Below, one piece after another: positions 1 to 8,750 of a stretch of DNA of 64,000 nucleotides. The stretch's first letter is position 1; every line of letters begins with the position of its first letter. The notes under the pieces were generated by a model that saw nothing but the letters and a program-made list of their open reading frames with translations, was not told the DNA's origin and made no database searches. The position numbers and the translations under genes were made by a program. This DNA is from Actinomycetota bacterium (GTDB taxonomy: Bacteria > Actinomycetota > Acidimicrobiia > Acidimicrobiales > Ilumatobacteraceae), in assembly GCA_016871395.1 (NCBI GenBank), contig VFYV01000009.1, forward strand, positions 7,457 to 71,456, in the 5' to 3' direction.

Positions 1-2067
1 GCGCTCGCGGGCCTCGTCGTCACCACCGTTGATGGCCAACAGGGTGATGAGCAGCCCGCGTAATTTGGATCGCAGATCGTCTTCGCTCGGTCGAGGATCC
101 CATCCGATGTCGAGCAGCGCACCCGACACGAGAGAGCGAACGCGAGCGTTCAGTTTCCTTTGGTGCGACTCGGGCACGATGCGCGCGAGACCGCGAAGCC
201 CGATCGCTACGGCTTGCCAAACCGCCAAATCGCGTTCGTCGGCGAAGTCCGAAACGAGCGTCAGATAGTCGGTCGCGTTCAAACGACCGGCCACCACCGC
301 GTTCCAGGCATCGTCCACCAGGTTGTAACGCTCGACCGTGCTCATGCTGGCCACCCCGACGTGCGAAAGGCGAGTGAGCAGCTCGGGGGCATAATCGACG
401 CGGAAGAAGCCGTGACCACCGGCGTTGACGATGACCGGAGACGACGGGTCATCGAGCGCGACCCGTAATTCTCTCGACGACATCAGGTGCTTGGACGTGA
501 TGCCGTTGGATCGAACGTGTACGGGAACCAACCACGAGCCACCCTCGTCGTTGGTCGAATCGAACGAGAAACGACGTTGACGCAGCACGAGTTCGTCACC
601 GTCGACGTGGGCGCCGATCAGCGGGTAACCGGGTTGCCAGATCCAGGAGTCCATGAGGGCCCGTACGGGTTCACCTCCACCGTCCGCTTCGACGGTGGCC
701 TCGATGGCATCCCAAAGATCGGAGGTTTCCGTGTTGCGGTAACTGTGGGTGCGCAGATAATGGCGTATGCCGTCGCGAAATCGGGATTCGCCCAGGAACT
801 GCTCGAGCATGCGCAGGATCGCGCCACCCTTTTCGTAGGTGAGGACGTCGAACATGCCCTCGCAGTCATCGGGTGAGCGCACCTCGAACTCGATGGGCCG
901 GGTGCTTGCCAGCGAGTCGGTGTCGAAGGCCGCCGTGCGATCGAGGGAGAAGGTGGTCCAGCGATCCCAGTCGGGTCGGTAGGCGGCGCAGGCGGCGACT
1001 TCCATGAAGGTTGCGAAAGCCTCGTTCAACCAAATGCCGTTCCACCACTTCATGGTGACGAGGTCACCGAACCACATGTGGGCCAACTCGTGGCTCACGA
1101 CATCGGCGACGAGTTGTTGCTCGGATTGGGTGCTGGTGGCGGGATCGACGAGCAGCAACGACTCGCGGTACGTGATACAGCCGACGTTTTCCATCGCGCC
1201 GGCGGCGAAGTCGGGAAGTGCGACCATGTCGATTTTGGCGTCGGGGTACGCAATGCCGTAGTAGTCGACGAACCACTGCAGGCTTCGGGCCCCGACATCG
1301 AGTCCGAACGCGGTGAGGTGCGACTTGCCCGGCACGTGCACCAGCCGGAGAGGTACTCCACCCACGTCGACGGCCGGGGTGGCCTCCAGTCGACCGACGA
1401 CGAAGGCGACGAGATAGGTGCTCATGGGCATCGTGTCGGCGAATTTCACCAAAGTTCGCTCGTGACCTTCGGGGTCGGTGAACGTGGTCCTCTCGATCTC
1501 GGGGCCGTTGCTGATGGCCAGGTGGTCGGGTTCACAGGCGAGGGTGACAGCGAAGACGGCCTTGAAGTCGGGCTCGTCGAAGCACGGGAACGCCCGACGG
1601 CAGTCGGTGGCTTGCATCTGCGAGGCGGCGATTACCTCCTCGGAACCCTCATTGTTGCGATACGTGCTTCGGTAGAGGCCGCGAAGTTTGTCGTTGAGCA
1701 CCCCGGAGAAGGTGATGTCGATCATCGACGGGCCGACGGGCACGGTCTCGGAGGCGTCGATGATCAACCGATCATCAGCGACGTCGATTGCGTGTCTGGC
1801 TGGGGCCCCATCGACGAAAACCGTGTGGATGGTCAGATCCTTGGCATTGACGACGATGAGACGAGTCGGAACCTCGACGACGCATTCGATCACCACTCTG
1901 CCAGTGAAAACGGAGGTCCGCAGATTCGGATCCAGGTGCACCTCGTAACGCCGTGGCATCACGTGTCGGGGAAGGCGGTAGCGGTCCAGATCGGCGGGGG
2001 TTTCGGGGGCGAGCGTCACGCGGTCATCGTAGTTCGGTGCCCCGTGATGCCATGTGGCGCGAGCCAT
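1..2067 (-). CDS. pepN: Aminopeptidase N (peptidase family M1), 3' end outside the window
   Basis: This gene is not in the ORF track because the frame runs off the left edge. Minus-strand translation gives DFAAGAMEN (about nt 1186-1212) and VSHELAHMWFGDLVTMKWWNGIWLNEAFATF (about nt 1004-1098). Together these are the GAMEN exopeptidase motif plus the HExxH-x18-E zinc site of M1 aminopeptidases. The ATG at 2067-2065 (MARATWHHGAPNYDD...) is in frame with these motifs. Confidence 0.9.
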   Translation of the reverse strand, partial: MARATWHHGAPNYDDRVTLAPETPADLDRYRLPRHVMPRRYEVHLDPNLRTSVFTGRVVIECVVEVPTRLIVVNAKDLTIHTVFVDGAPARHAIDVADDRLIIDASETVPVGPSMIDITFSGVLNDKLRGLYRSTYRNNEGSEEVIAASQMQATDCRRAFPCFDEPDFKAVFAVTLACEPDHLAISNGPEIERTTFTDPEGHERTLVKFADTMPMSTYLVAFVVGRLEATPAVDVGGVPLRLVHVPGKSHLTAFGLDVGARSLQWFVDYYGIAYPDAKIDMVALPDFAAGAMENVGCITYRESLLLVDPATSTQSEQQLVADVVSHELAHMWFGDLVTMKWWNGIWLNEAFATFMEVAACAAYRPDWDRWTTFSLDRTAAFDTDSLASTRPIEFEVRSPDDCEGMFDVLTYEKGGAILRMLEQFLGESRFRDGIRHYLRTHSYRNTETSDLWDAIEATVEADGGGEPVRALMDSWIWQPGYPLIGAHVDGDELVLRQRRFSFDSTNDEGGSWLVPVHVRSNGITSKHLMSSRELRVALDDPSSPVIVNAGGHGFFRVDYAPELLTRLSHVGVASMSTVERYNLVDDAWNAVVAGRLNATDYLTLVSDFADERDLAVWQAVAIGLRGLARIVPESHQRKLNARVRSLVSGALLDIGWDPRPSEDDLRSKLRGLLITLLAINGGDDEARER

Positions 2068-2095
2068 CGTCATCGGGCTACTAGCGTGCGATGAC

Positions 2096-3100
2096 GTGTC
2101 CGATCCCAGACGACATCTCCCGGCCCGTTACGACGTAGTGGGAATCGGTAATGCGTTGGTGGACGTCATCGCCAATGCCGACGATGCGTTCATCGAGCGC
2201 GAGTCGCTGGTCAAAGGTTCGATGACCTTGGTCGACACCGACCGCGCACTCCAACTCCACAAGGCTCTCGGATCGGCCGTCGAGATGAGTGGAGGATCCG
2301 CGGCCAACACCGTGTGCGGCGTCGCCAGTTTCGGGGGGAAAGCCGCCTACATCGGCAAGGTCAGCGACGATGACCTGGGTCGGGTGTTCGGCCACGACCT
2401 ATTGGCGGTTGGCGTGCAGTTCAGTGCCGGCAAGCACATCGATCAGAGTCCGACGGGACGCTGCATCATCGTGGTCACCGAGGACGCGCAGCGGACCATG
2501 AGCACGTTTCTCGGCGTGTCCAGTTATCTCGACCGACATGACATCGACGAGCAGACCGTGGCTGACGGACGCGTGCTCTACATGGAGGGCTTCCTTTTCG
2601 ATCGTGAAAACGCCAAGGACGCCTTCCGCCACGCGGCCCGAGTTGCGCATGCCGCGGGGCGCGAGGTGTCCCTCAGTCTCTCGGACAGTTTCTGTGTCGA
2701 GCGCCATCGAGAAGACTTCCGAACGCTGGTGTCCGACGAGGTCGACATTCTCTTCGGCAACGAGGCCGAATTGAAGTCCCTGTACGAGCTCGACTCGTTC
2801 GACGATGCCGTCGAGGCGATTCGTCGCCACAGTTCGCTGGCCGTGATCACTCGAGGTGCTCTCGGCACTTCGATCATCACCCCCCACGAGGTGTTGCACG
2901 TCGACGCCGACGATGTGAAGCAGGTGATCGACACCACCGGAGCCGGAGATCTGTACGCGGCCGGCTTCCTGTACGGCTACACCAACGGCTATGACCTTCT
3001 TCAGAGTGGGTGGCTCGGGTCGGTGGCGGCTGGCGAGGTGATTTCGCATGTCGGCCCGCGTCCGTTGGTGGAGTTGCGCACCCTGATACCGGATTTTTGA
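2096..3100 (+). CDS. PfkB-family carbohydrate/nucleoside kinase (adenosine-kinase-like)
   Basis: Track ORF 2054..3100. It carries ribokinase/PfkB signatures: N-terminal YDVVGIGNALVD...GGSAANT and C-terminal DTTGAGDLYAAGFLYG. I prefer the GTG at 2096 (VSDPRRHLPARYDVVGIG) because the 2054 start would overlap the divergent pepN start. The substrate cannot be determined by eye. Confidence 0.8.
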   Translation: MSDPRRHLPARYDVVGIGNALVDVIANADDAFIERESLVKGSMTLVDTDRALQLHKALGSAVEMSGGSAANTVCGVASFGGKAAYIGKVSDDDLGRVFGHDLLAVGVQFSAGKHIDQSPTGRCIIVVTEDAQRTMSTFLGVSSYLDRHDIDEQTVADGRVLYMEGFLFDRENAKDAFRHAARVAHAAGREVSLSLSDSFCVERHREDFRTLVSDEVDILFGNEAELKSLYELDSFDDAVEAIRRHSSLAVITRGALGTSIITPHEVLHVDADDVKQVIDTTGAGDLYAAGFLYGYTNGYDLLQSGWLGSVAAGEVISHVGPRPLVELRTLIPDF

Positions 3101-3108
3101 GGCTTGTC

Positions 3109-4731
3109 GTGTCGGACCACCGGGTCGTCGCCGAGCAGTGGTTGGCCGCCGAGCCCGATCTCGACGTCAAGCGGGAGTTGCAGATCCTGCTCGATGGCGA
3201 CGAATCCGAACTCGCCGAACGTTTCTCCTCGCGACTGACGTTCGGTACCGCCGGTCTGCGGGCGGCGATCGGAGCCGGCCCATCGCGAATGAATCGACTC
3301 GTCGTTCGCCGTGCGGCGGCCGGACTGGTCGATCATCTGTTGGCAACGGTGCCCGGAGCGGCCGAGCGGGGCCTGTTGATTGCCTGCGATGCGCGCTTCA
3401 AGAGCGCGGACTTCGCCCGGGACACCGCGCGCGTCGCCGCGGCTCGGGGAATGAAGGCGCACCTGATCGACGGGATGACACCCACGCCCGTGTTGGCATG
3501 GAACATCCCGCGGCTCGCCGTGGCCGCCGCCGTGATGGTGACCGCCAGTCACAACCCTCGCGGCGACAACGGGTACAAGGTGTACCTCGGACACGGGGCG
3601 CAAATCGTTCCCCCCGATGACACGGCCATCGCCGCGCGCATGGACGCCATCGACGCGACCACCGTTGCGCTCGCCGATGACGATGACGCGCTCATCGACG
3701 TCATCGGTGACGAGGCCACGCGCGCGTATCTCGCCTGGGTGCCCTCCGTGCGCCTGGCACCGGGGGCGACGGGGGCGCGGGTCGGGTACACCGCGATGCA
3801 CGGGGTCGGGGGATCGGTATTGCTGCGCGCCTTCGAGATGAGCGCGCTTCCCGAGCCCGCGGTGGTGACCCTGCAACAAGAGCCGGACCCGAACTTTCCC
3901 ACGGTGGAGTTTCCGAACCCGGAAGAGCCGGGGGCGATGGATTTGGTCATCGATCTCGGACGCAACGAGGGATTGGATGTCGTCATTGCGAACGATCCCG
4001 ACGCCGACCGCCTCGGTGTCGCCATTCCGAGTGGCACGTCGGGAGCGTGGCGATTGTTGCGTGGCGACGAGATCGGATGGTTGTTGGCCGACCACATTCT
4101 CCGCCGCACCCACGGAGACGATCGATTGGTGGAGACCACCGTCGTGTCATCGTCGTTGTTGGGCAAGATGGCGGCCGCCCACGGCGTGCAATACCGCGAG
4201 ACGTTCACCGGCTTCAAATGGATCGCCGATGCAGCGATGAAGGCCCACGGGCTCCGCTTGGTGTTCGCGTACGAGCAGGCCTTGGGGTTCCTCGTCTCCG
4301 ATCGGCCGCTCGACAAAGACGGCATTGCGGCCGCTGTTCTCGTGGCCGAGATCGCGGGTGTGGCGGCCGACGAGGGAACCACCATCGAAGGGAGACTGGA
4401 CTCCATCGCGGCGACGTTTGGACGTCATGTGACCGCCGAGCGCAGTGTCAAGATGGATCCATCGGTGGGCGCGCGACTGGTTCAGACGCTGACGGACGCG
4501 CCACCATCATCGATCGGCGGACGGCCGGTGGTGGCGGTTCGGAACTTCCCTGAGGCGAATCTGGTGCGCCTGTGGCTCAGCGAGCAAGATGGACGGGGCG
4601 TGCGTTTGCAGATTCGTCCGAGCGGAACCGAGCCCAAGGTGAAGTTGTACGGCGAGGGCGTGGAGGTGACGGCGAGCGAACTCGACCGACTGCTGGAGGC
4701 ACTGGTCGACGTGGCCGTCGGACTCGTCTGA
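3109..4731 (+). CDS. Phospho-sugar mutase (alpha-D-phosphohexomutase superfamily, PGM2/PgcA-like)
   Basis: Track ORF 3010..4731. Motifs seen are TASHNPRGDNGYKVY (phosphoserine loop), ANDPDADRLG (Mg loop) and N-terminal LTFGTAGLRA. I moved the start to GTG 3109, directly after the upstream stop at 3098-3100. Confidence 0.85.
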   Translation: MSDHRVVAEQWLAAEPDLDVKRELQILLDGDESELAERFSSRLTFGTAGLRAAIGAGPSRMNRLVVRRAAAGLVDHLLATVPGAAERGLLIACDARFKSADFARDTARVAAARGMKAHLIDGMTPTPVLAWNIPRLAVAAAVMVTASHNPRGDNGYKVYLGHGAQIVPPDDTAIAARMDAIDATTVALADDDDALIDVIGDEATRAYLAWVPSVRLAPGATGARVGYTAMHGVGGSVLLRAFEMSALPEPAVVTLQQEPDPNFPTVEFPNPEEPGAMDLVIDLGRNEGLDVVIANDPDADRLGVAIPSGTSGAWRLLRGDEIGWLLADHILRRTHGDDRLVETTVVSSSLLGKMAAAHGVQYRETFTGFKWIADAAMKAHGLRLVFAYEQALGFLVSDRPLDKDGIAAAVLVAEIAGVAADEGTTIEGRLDSIAATFGRHVTAERSVKMDPSVGARLVQTLTDAPPSSIGGRPVVAVRNFPEANLVRLWLSEQDGRGVRLQIRPSGTEPKVKLYGEGVEVTASELDRLLEALVDVAVGLV

Positions 4732-4742
4732 CGGGACGAGTC
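4721..4742. terminator. Hairpin between convergent genes (possible bidirectional terminator)
   Basis: Perfect 8-bp stem gactcgtc (4721-4728) / gacgagtc (4735-4742) with the 6-nt loop tgacgg, which contains the mutase stop codon. It sits between convergent stops at 4731 and 4754. There is no clear U-tract. Confidence 0.35.
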
Positions 4743-4753
4743 GGGACCCGGGC

Positions 4754-5779
4754 TTATTCCGCGGTGCCCACCGGCGTACCGTCGATGATCTGATCGAGGT
4801 ACTCCGACAGTCCGTATCCGATCTTGCCCGCGTGCTCCTCAGAGACCATCTCCCAGCGGGTCATTCCTTCGCTGATGCGAGTGGTGAGCCACTCACCGTC
4901 AGGGGTCTGACGTCGGTTGCGCAACGGGATGAGGCTCATGACGTCACCGGTGAAGCGCCACTCCCGTTGACTGCGGCTGCTGCGTAGCACCGCTTCGATC
5001 TTGTCGTGGTAGGTGTCCTCACCCACGAAGTCGGTGGAGATCTCGGCATGGTCACACAGGTGCATTTGGCCGTCCTCCCAGACGAATCCGCCTCGAGTTC
5101 CCGGACCGTTCTTCTTCGCGACGCGCGACAACATGAAGCCGAGGTTCTGATCGAAGTTGGCCGTCAACCATCGGTAATACCACGGTGCCTGCCAGTAGCG
5201 GGGACCCCACGAGTGGTCGCGTAGCCCGAAGCCATTGATTTCCCACTCTTGGTCTCCGACCCGAATGCTTCCCCGCGCCTGCACCAGTTGCTCGTAGTGA
5301 CCTTTGGCGAATTCTTCGCCCGGCGTCTCGTGGGGGGTGTCGGGCTCGCCGCCGAACATGCTGGGACGACCCTGGCCGGTGAAGGTGATGTGGGCCTCGC
5401 ACTCAGAGTAGGGATTGTTCTTGAACGCCGTCTTGGGGTCGACCATCTGGGTGGGCTCGGCCAGAACGACGACCTTGCCCGTGAAGTCGATACGCAATTC
5501 CTCGAAGGGTTTCACCATGGTCCACGTGAGACCGCCTGCGTCCAGCTGGTCGTTGTTCTCGATGGTGGGACGCTTGAACATGAACGCCACTGACCCGTCG
5601 GGCAGGTAGATGCAGACCGTCATCTCGGCATAGCCCTCGTTGGCGCGGTTGCCCATGCGGAACCAGCCACCGACCTTGTTGGTCGGGTCGAAACAATTGA
5701 TGTACATGCTCTCGTTGAAGTTCGACTCTGGGCCGAGTTCGTGCATGTATTCGTCTTCAGGATCCAGTCGTACGCCCAT
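4754..5779 (-). CDS. Conserved hypothetical Trp/Tyr-rich protein (tentatively AttH/CrtC-like lipocalin-fold)
   Basis: This is the C-terminal 341 codons of track ORF 4754..6370. The ATG at 5779 gives MGVRLDPEDEYMHELGPESNF... and the body contains GLRDHSWGPRYWQAPWYYRWL. The upstream remainder of the track ORF is Arg/Pro/Ser-rich and overlaps two better-supported genes. The family assignment is tentative. Confidence 0.7.
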   Translation of the reverse strand: MGVRLDPEDEYMHELGPESNFNESMYINCFDPTNKVGGWFRMGNRANEGYAEMTVCIYLPDGSVAFMFKRPTIENNDQLDAGGLTWTMVKPFEELRIDFTGKVVVLAEPTQMVDPKTAFKNNPYSECEAHITFTGQGRPSMFGGEPDTPHETPGEEFAKGHYEQLVQARGSIRVGDQEWEINGFGLRDHSWGPRYWQAPWYYRWLTANFDQNLGFMLSRVAKKNGPGTRGGFVWEDGQMHLCDHAEISTDFVGEDTYHDKIEAVLRSSRSQREWRFTGDVMSLIPLRNRRQTPDGEWLTTRISEGMTRWEMVSEEHAGKIGYGLSEYLDQIIDGTPVGTAE

Positions 5780-5796
5780 GGGGCGAGGGTAGTCGC

Positions 5797-6081
5797 TCAG
5801 AACAGGGTGAGTTGCTCCCAGGTGACCGCCACCTCGGTCACCGGGATCCAGACCGGTCTGCCACGCCGTCCGGGTCGCTGGACCTCGAGTCTTTCGGGAC
5901 GCAACGAGCGAGCGGCACCGTGGGAATCGTGCACCGTGATGCTGCCGTCGCGTTCGACGCCAGAGATCCGGCCCGATTGCCAGCGTCCCCGATCGGCGCG
6001 ACGGAACCGAACCTCCTCTCCGGCCACCAGTCCGATGCGACGCAGCACGTCGGCTTGCTCCACGGTGAACTTGGGGGCCAC
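5797..6081 (-). CDS. Small hypothetical protein (94 aa)
   Basis: The GTG at 6081 has a GGAGG 9 nt upstream on the minus strand. The ORF starts 2 nt after the SDR stop and ends 17 nt before the next start, and it shows a strong G/C third-position bias in this frame. I recognise no family. Confidence 0.55.
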   Translation of the reverse strand: MAPKFTVEQADVLRRIGLVAGEEVRFRRADRGRWQSGRISGVERDGSITVHDSHGAARSLRPERLEVQRPGRRGRPVWIPVTEVAVTWEQLTLF

Positions 6082-6083
6082 GC

Positions 6084-6911
6084 TCAGTGACCTCCGAGCA
6101 CGCGGGCCTGAAGTTTGCGCATACCCGCGAGCCAGCGCTCACGGTCGGCGGCCTTACGTTGCTCGTATTCGGACACCTCGGGATGGGGCAAGATGAGGAA
6201 GCGCTCCTGGGCGATGGCCTCGGCCACCACGTCGGCCACCTCGGTCGGCTCGAGCACCACACCGGCGGCACGCACGACATTGGTGGCACCGGCGAAACCG
6301 CTGTCGTCACTTTGACGAAGCATGTTGGTGTTGACACCCTGGGGACACAAGCAACTGACCTTGATGCCACGGTCGCCGTAGGAGATCGAGACCCATTCGG
6401 CGAAAGCCACCGCGGCGTGCTTGGTCACCGAGTAAGGACCTGATCCGATCTGGCTGAGGAGACCGGCGGCCGAGGCGGTGGAACAGAAGTAGCCGCGACC
6501 GCGAGCCAGCCAATCCGAGATCAGGTACTTCATGGCCCATCGATGCGCGTGAAGGTTCACGGCCATGGCCAGTTCCCATTGCTCCTCGGAGGTCGACTCG
6601 AGAAAAGTCCCGCCACCAACGCCGGCATTGGCGAAATAGAGGCTGATCCCAGGTCCGTCATCGGACTCGAGAAAGTGGCGGGCGACAGCGACCAATTCGC
6701 GGTTCCCCTCCTCGGAGGAAATGTCGACCGTGAGGGCGTGGACGGAATTCGGGCGGACGGCGTTCAATTCGGCGGCCAGGGAGGCGATTCCCTCGCTGTT
6801 CAGGTCGGAGACCACGACTCGGGCGCCAGCGGCGTGGAATCTACGGGCCAGCGCGTCACCGATTCCGCCCGCGGCGCCGGTGACGACGGTCCCCGCTCCG
6901 TTCAATTCCAT
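6084..6911 (-). CDS. Short-chain dehydrogenase/reductase (SDR)
   Basis: The ATG at 6911 gives MELNGAGTVVTGAAGGIGDAL (Rossmann TGxxxGxG). NAG (FANAGVG) and catalytic YxxxK (YSVTKHAA) are also present. The extra 28 upstream codons of the track ORF have no support. Confidence 0.85.
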   Translation of the reverse strand: MELNGAGTVVTGAAGGIGDALARRFHAAGARVVVSDLNSEGIASLAAELNAVRPNSVHALTVDISSEEGNRELVAVARHFLESDDGPGISLYFANAGVGGGTFLESTSEEQWELAMAVNLHAHRWAMKYLISDWLARGRGYFCSTASAAGLLSQIGSGPYSVTKHAAVAFAEWVSISYGDRGIKVSCLCPQGVNTNMLRQSDDSGFAGATNVVRAAGVVLEPTEVADVVAEAIAQERFLILPHPEVSEYEQRKAADRERWLAGMRKLQARVLGGH

Positions 6912-7076
6912 GCCCCGATTGTAGGTGGTGCGTCGTGTCCGTGACGCTGCAACCCGTCGGCGATGTGTCGGACAACTCAGGTACACGATGCACACTTTTT
7001 GTCTGGAGGTGCGTTACTTTTCATGAACCGTTCGTCTCCGAACCCTCGGAGCCGGGCCCGATGAAGGGAAAATCCG

Positions 7077-7280
7077 ATGACTGCTCAGGTTGCCGAAGAA
7101 ATCGTCGAACTCGACATCGACGACATCAAGGTCGTTTCGGCTGCGGTGATCGAGCGGGCTCTCACGACAATCGACTCGGCACTGGGTCAGATGGTGAGTC
7201 GTGAACTGGTGGCGGCTGGTGAGGTCAGCGATCTGTTGCTCGATGTCCGCAATCTGCTCACGTCGGCCGTGCGCGGCTGA
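7077..7280 (+). CDS. Small acidic hypothetical protein (67 aa)
   Basis: The ATG is preceded by GAAGGGA. The frame shows a G/C third-position bias, and the predicted product is helical and Asp/Glu-rich (MTAQVAEEIVELDIDDIKVV...). It fills an otherwise empty 370-nt gap. No family is recognised. Confidence 0.45.
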   Translation: MTAQVAEEIVELDIDDIKVVSAAVIERALTTIDSALGQMVSRELVAAGEVSDLLLDVRNLLTSAVRG

Positions 7281-7284
7281 GCCT

Positions 7285-8724
7285 CTAACTCTTCGCGCTC
7301 TTCGCGTCTTTCGATCGAGTCCGGCGTGTCCTCGCTCGTGACGCCTTCACGAGGTCGATGAACGAGTCGTTCAGACAGTCCCGCATCAACTCCGGTTGGG
7401 TGATCGCGACGGCGTCCATGTTCAGGCCCATGTCCAGGCTGCCGACGTGGGAGAGCAACGTGAGGTTGAACGCCACCCCGCCGAGTGGGCCGAGGGGGAA
7501 GTTGTTCACGATCTGCGATCCGGCGACGAACACCGGGATCGGGGTTCCCTTCACGTTCGACGTGGCGAAATCGACGGTTTGGGACTGCAGCCGAGCCACT
7601 CGGGTGACGAGGGTGGTGGGAAGTGACGTGGCAAGGCTGGCGGCGACGCCGACCAGGGAGGCAGCTGACGAGCCGGTGGCATCCAGGGTCGCCTTGTTCA
7701 CCGCGGCGAATCGCTCGCGCACATCCATCTCGGCGGTGGGAACCAACATGCGGGCCAGTGAGAAGGCGTTGGTGGCCTCGCCAGCGCCCGATTGTTTGCG
7801 GGTGCTGATGGCCATCGACGCTCGAAGTTCTTCGACGGGAGCCCCGAGGGCACGGTGGTAACGCCCGGCGGCGTCGGCGGTGGCGCACAGAAGGGCGGTG
7901 TTGAGGGTTCCGCCGAGGGCGCGGGCCGCGTCGCGGGTGTCGAAGAAGGGGGCACCGAGGACCTCGGCGCGTCGCCGTAACGATCGGGTGGTCCACAGTG
8001 GCGAGCGGGCCGGTTCGGTGTCGGTCAACTGTCCGAATGTCGAGCGCAGGGAGTCGATGGTCGCCGAACCATTCGCCGGAATCTGCCCGGGGTCGGCGAC
8101 CAAATCACGAATTTGTTTGACCACTGCCACCGGCAACTTGAGGGGCCCGGCCAGCATCGCTCGCCACAAGTCGACGTCGAGCATCGAGGACGAATCCGAC
8201 GACGGTTCCCAACTCAGGGGCGCTGGTTCGGGAGCGTCGCGCTCGAAGTCGAAGAACTGCAGCGACAACTGCACGCTGCCCTCACCGTCGGCGATCGAAT
8301 GGTGGAGCTTCTCGACCAACACCGCTCGGTCGCCGTCGAGTCCCTCGATGACGACGAACTGCCAGAGCGGTCGGGTGCGATCGAAGGGATCGTTCGTTAT
8401 CAGCGTGGCAAGGTCGAGCATGTGTCGCAGGGACCCCGGGGCCGGGAGCGCTACCCGACGTACGTGGTAGTCGATGTCGAAATCAGGATCGTCCACCCAC
8501 AAAGGGGGCGTGAGGCTCGCGGGCGACGACTGCACGCGTTGACGGAGTCGGGGGATGGCGATGGAGGCCCGCTCCATGCGCCGGCGCAACCGGTCGAAGT
8601 CCGGTGCACGATCGAGAACCGAGAGATTCGCGAAGGTCGAGGAGAGGTACGGGTCTTTGTCGAGGCGCCACAACAGACCTTCGGCCTCAGACATCCGTCG
8701 ATCGAAGCGAATCTCGGTGCTCAC
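7285..8724 (-). CDS. Wax ester synthase/diacylglycerol acyltransferase (WS/DGAT) family
   Basis: HHSIADGEG matches the HHxxxDG acyltransferase active-site motif, and the length (about 479 aa) is typical. The start is either GTG 8724 or the in-frame ATG 30 nt downstream (MSEAEGLLWRLD). Confidence 0.85.
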   Translation of the reverse strand: MSTEIRFDRRMSEAEGLLWRLDKDPYLSSTFANLSVLDRAPDFDRLRRRMERASIAIPRLRQRVQSSPASLTPPLWVDDPDFDIDYHVRRVALPAPGSLRHMLDLATLITNDPFDRTRPLWQFVVIEGLDGDRAVLVEKLHHSIADGEGSVQLSLQFFDFERDAPEPAPLSWEPSSDSSSMLDVDLWRAMLAGPLKLPVAVVKQIRDLVADPGQIPANGSATIDSLRSTFGQLTDTEPARSPLWTTRSLRRRAEVLGAPFFDTRDAARALGGTLNTALLCATADAAGRYHRALGAPVEELRASMAISTRKQSGAGEATNAFSLARMLVPTAEMDVRERFAAVNKATLDATGSSAASLVGVAASLATSLPTTLVTRVARLQSQTVDFATSNVKGTPIPVFVAGSQIVNNFPLGPLGGVAFNLTLLSHVGSLDMGLNMDAVAITQPELMRDCLNDSFIDLVKASRARTRRTRSKDAKSAKS

Positions 8725-8750
8725 GACGCCAAGGCTACGGTGAACGGGCG

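Noticed and set aside
1078-2094. A 338-aa plus-strand ORF at the left end of the window.
   Set aside because: It is antisense to the pepN coding frame, which carries unambiguous GAMEN and HExxH-x18-E motifs. The plus-strand product is Gly/Asp/Val/His-rich with no motif.
3001-4113. Minus-strand ORFs of 370 aa and 285 aa (the latter at 3549..4406) inside the phospho-sugar mutase gene.
   Set aside because: They are antisense to a gene with complete phosphohexomutase motifs. Their products are Arg/Pro/Gly-rich.
5780-6370. The N-terminal ~197-codon extension of track ORF 4754..6370. Similar 5' extensions occur for 13505..15436, 21106..22365, 38759..40525, 51614..53014 and 52567..53826.
   Set aside because: The extended parts are Arg/Pro/Ser-rich, overlap neighbouring well-supported genes, and are followed by internal ATG or GTG starts where recognisable protein families begin.
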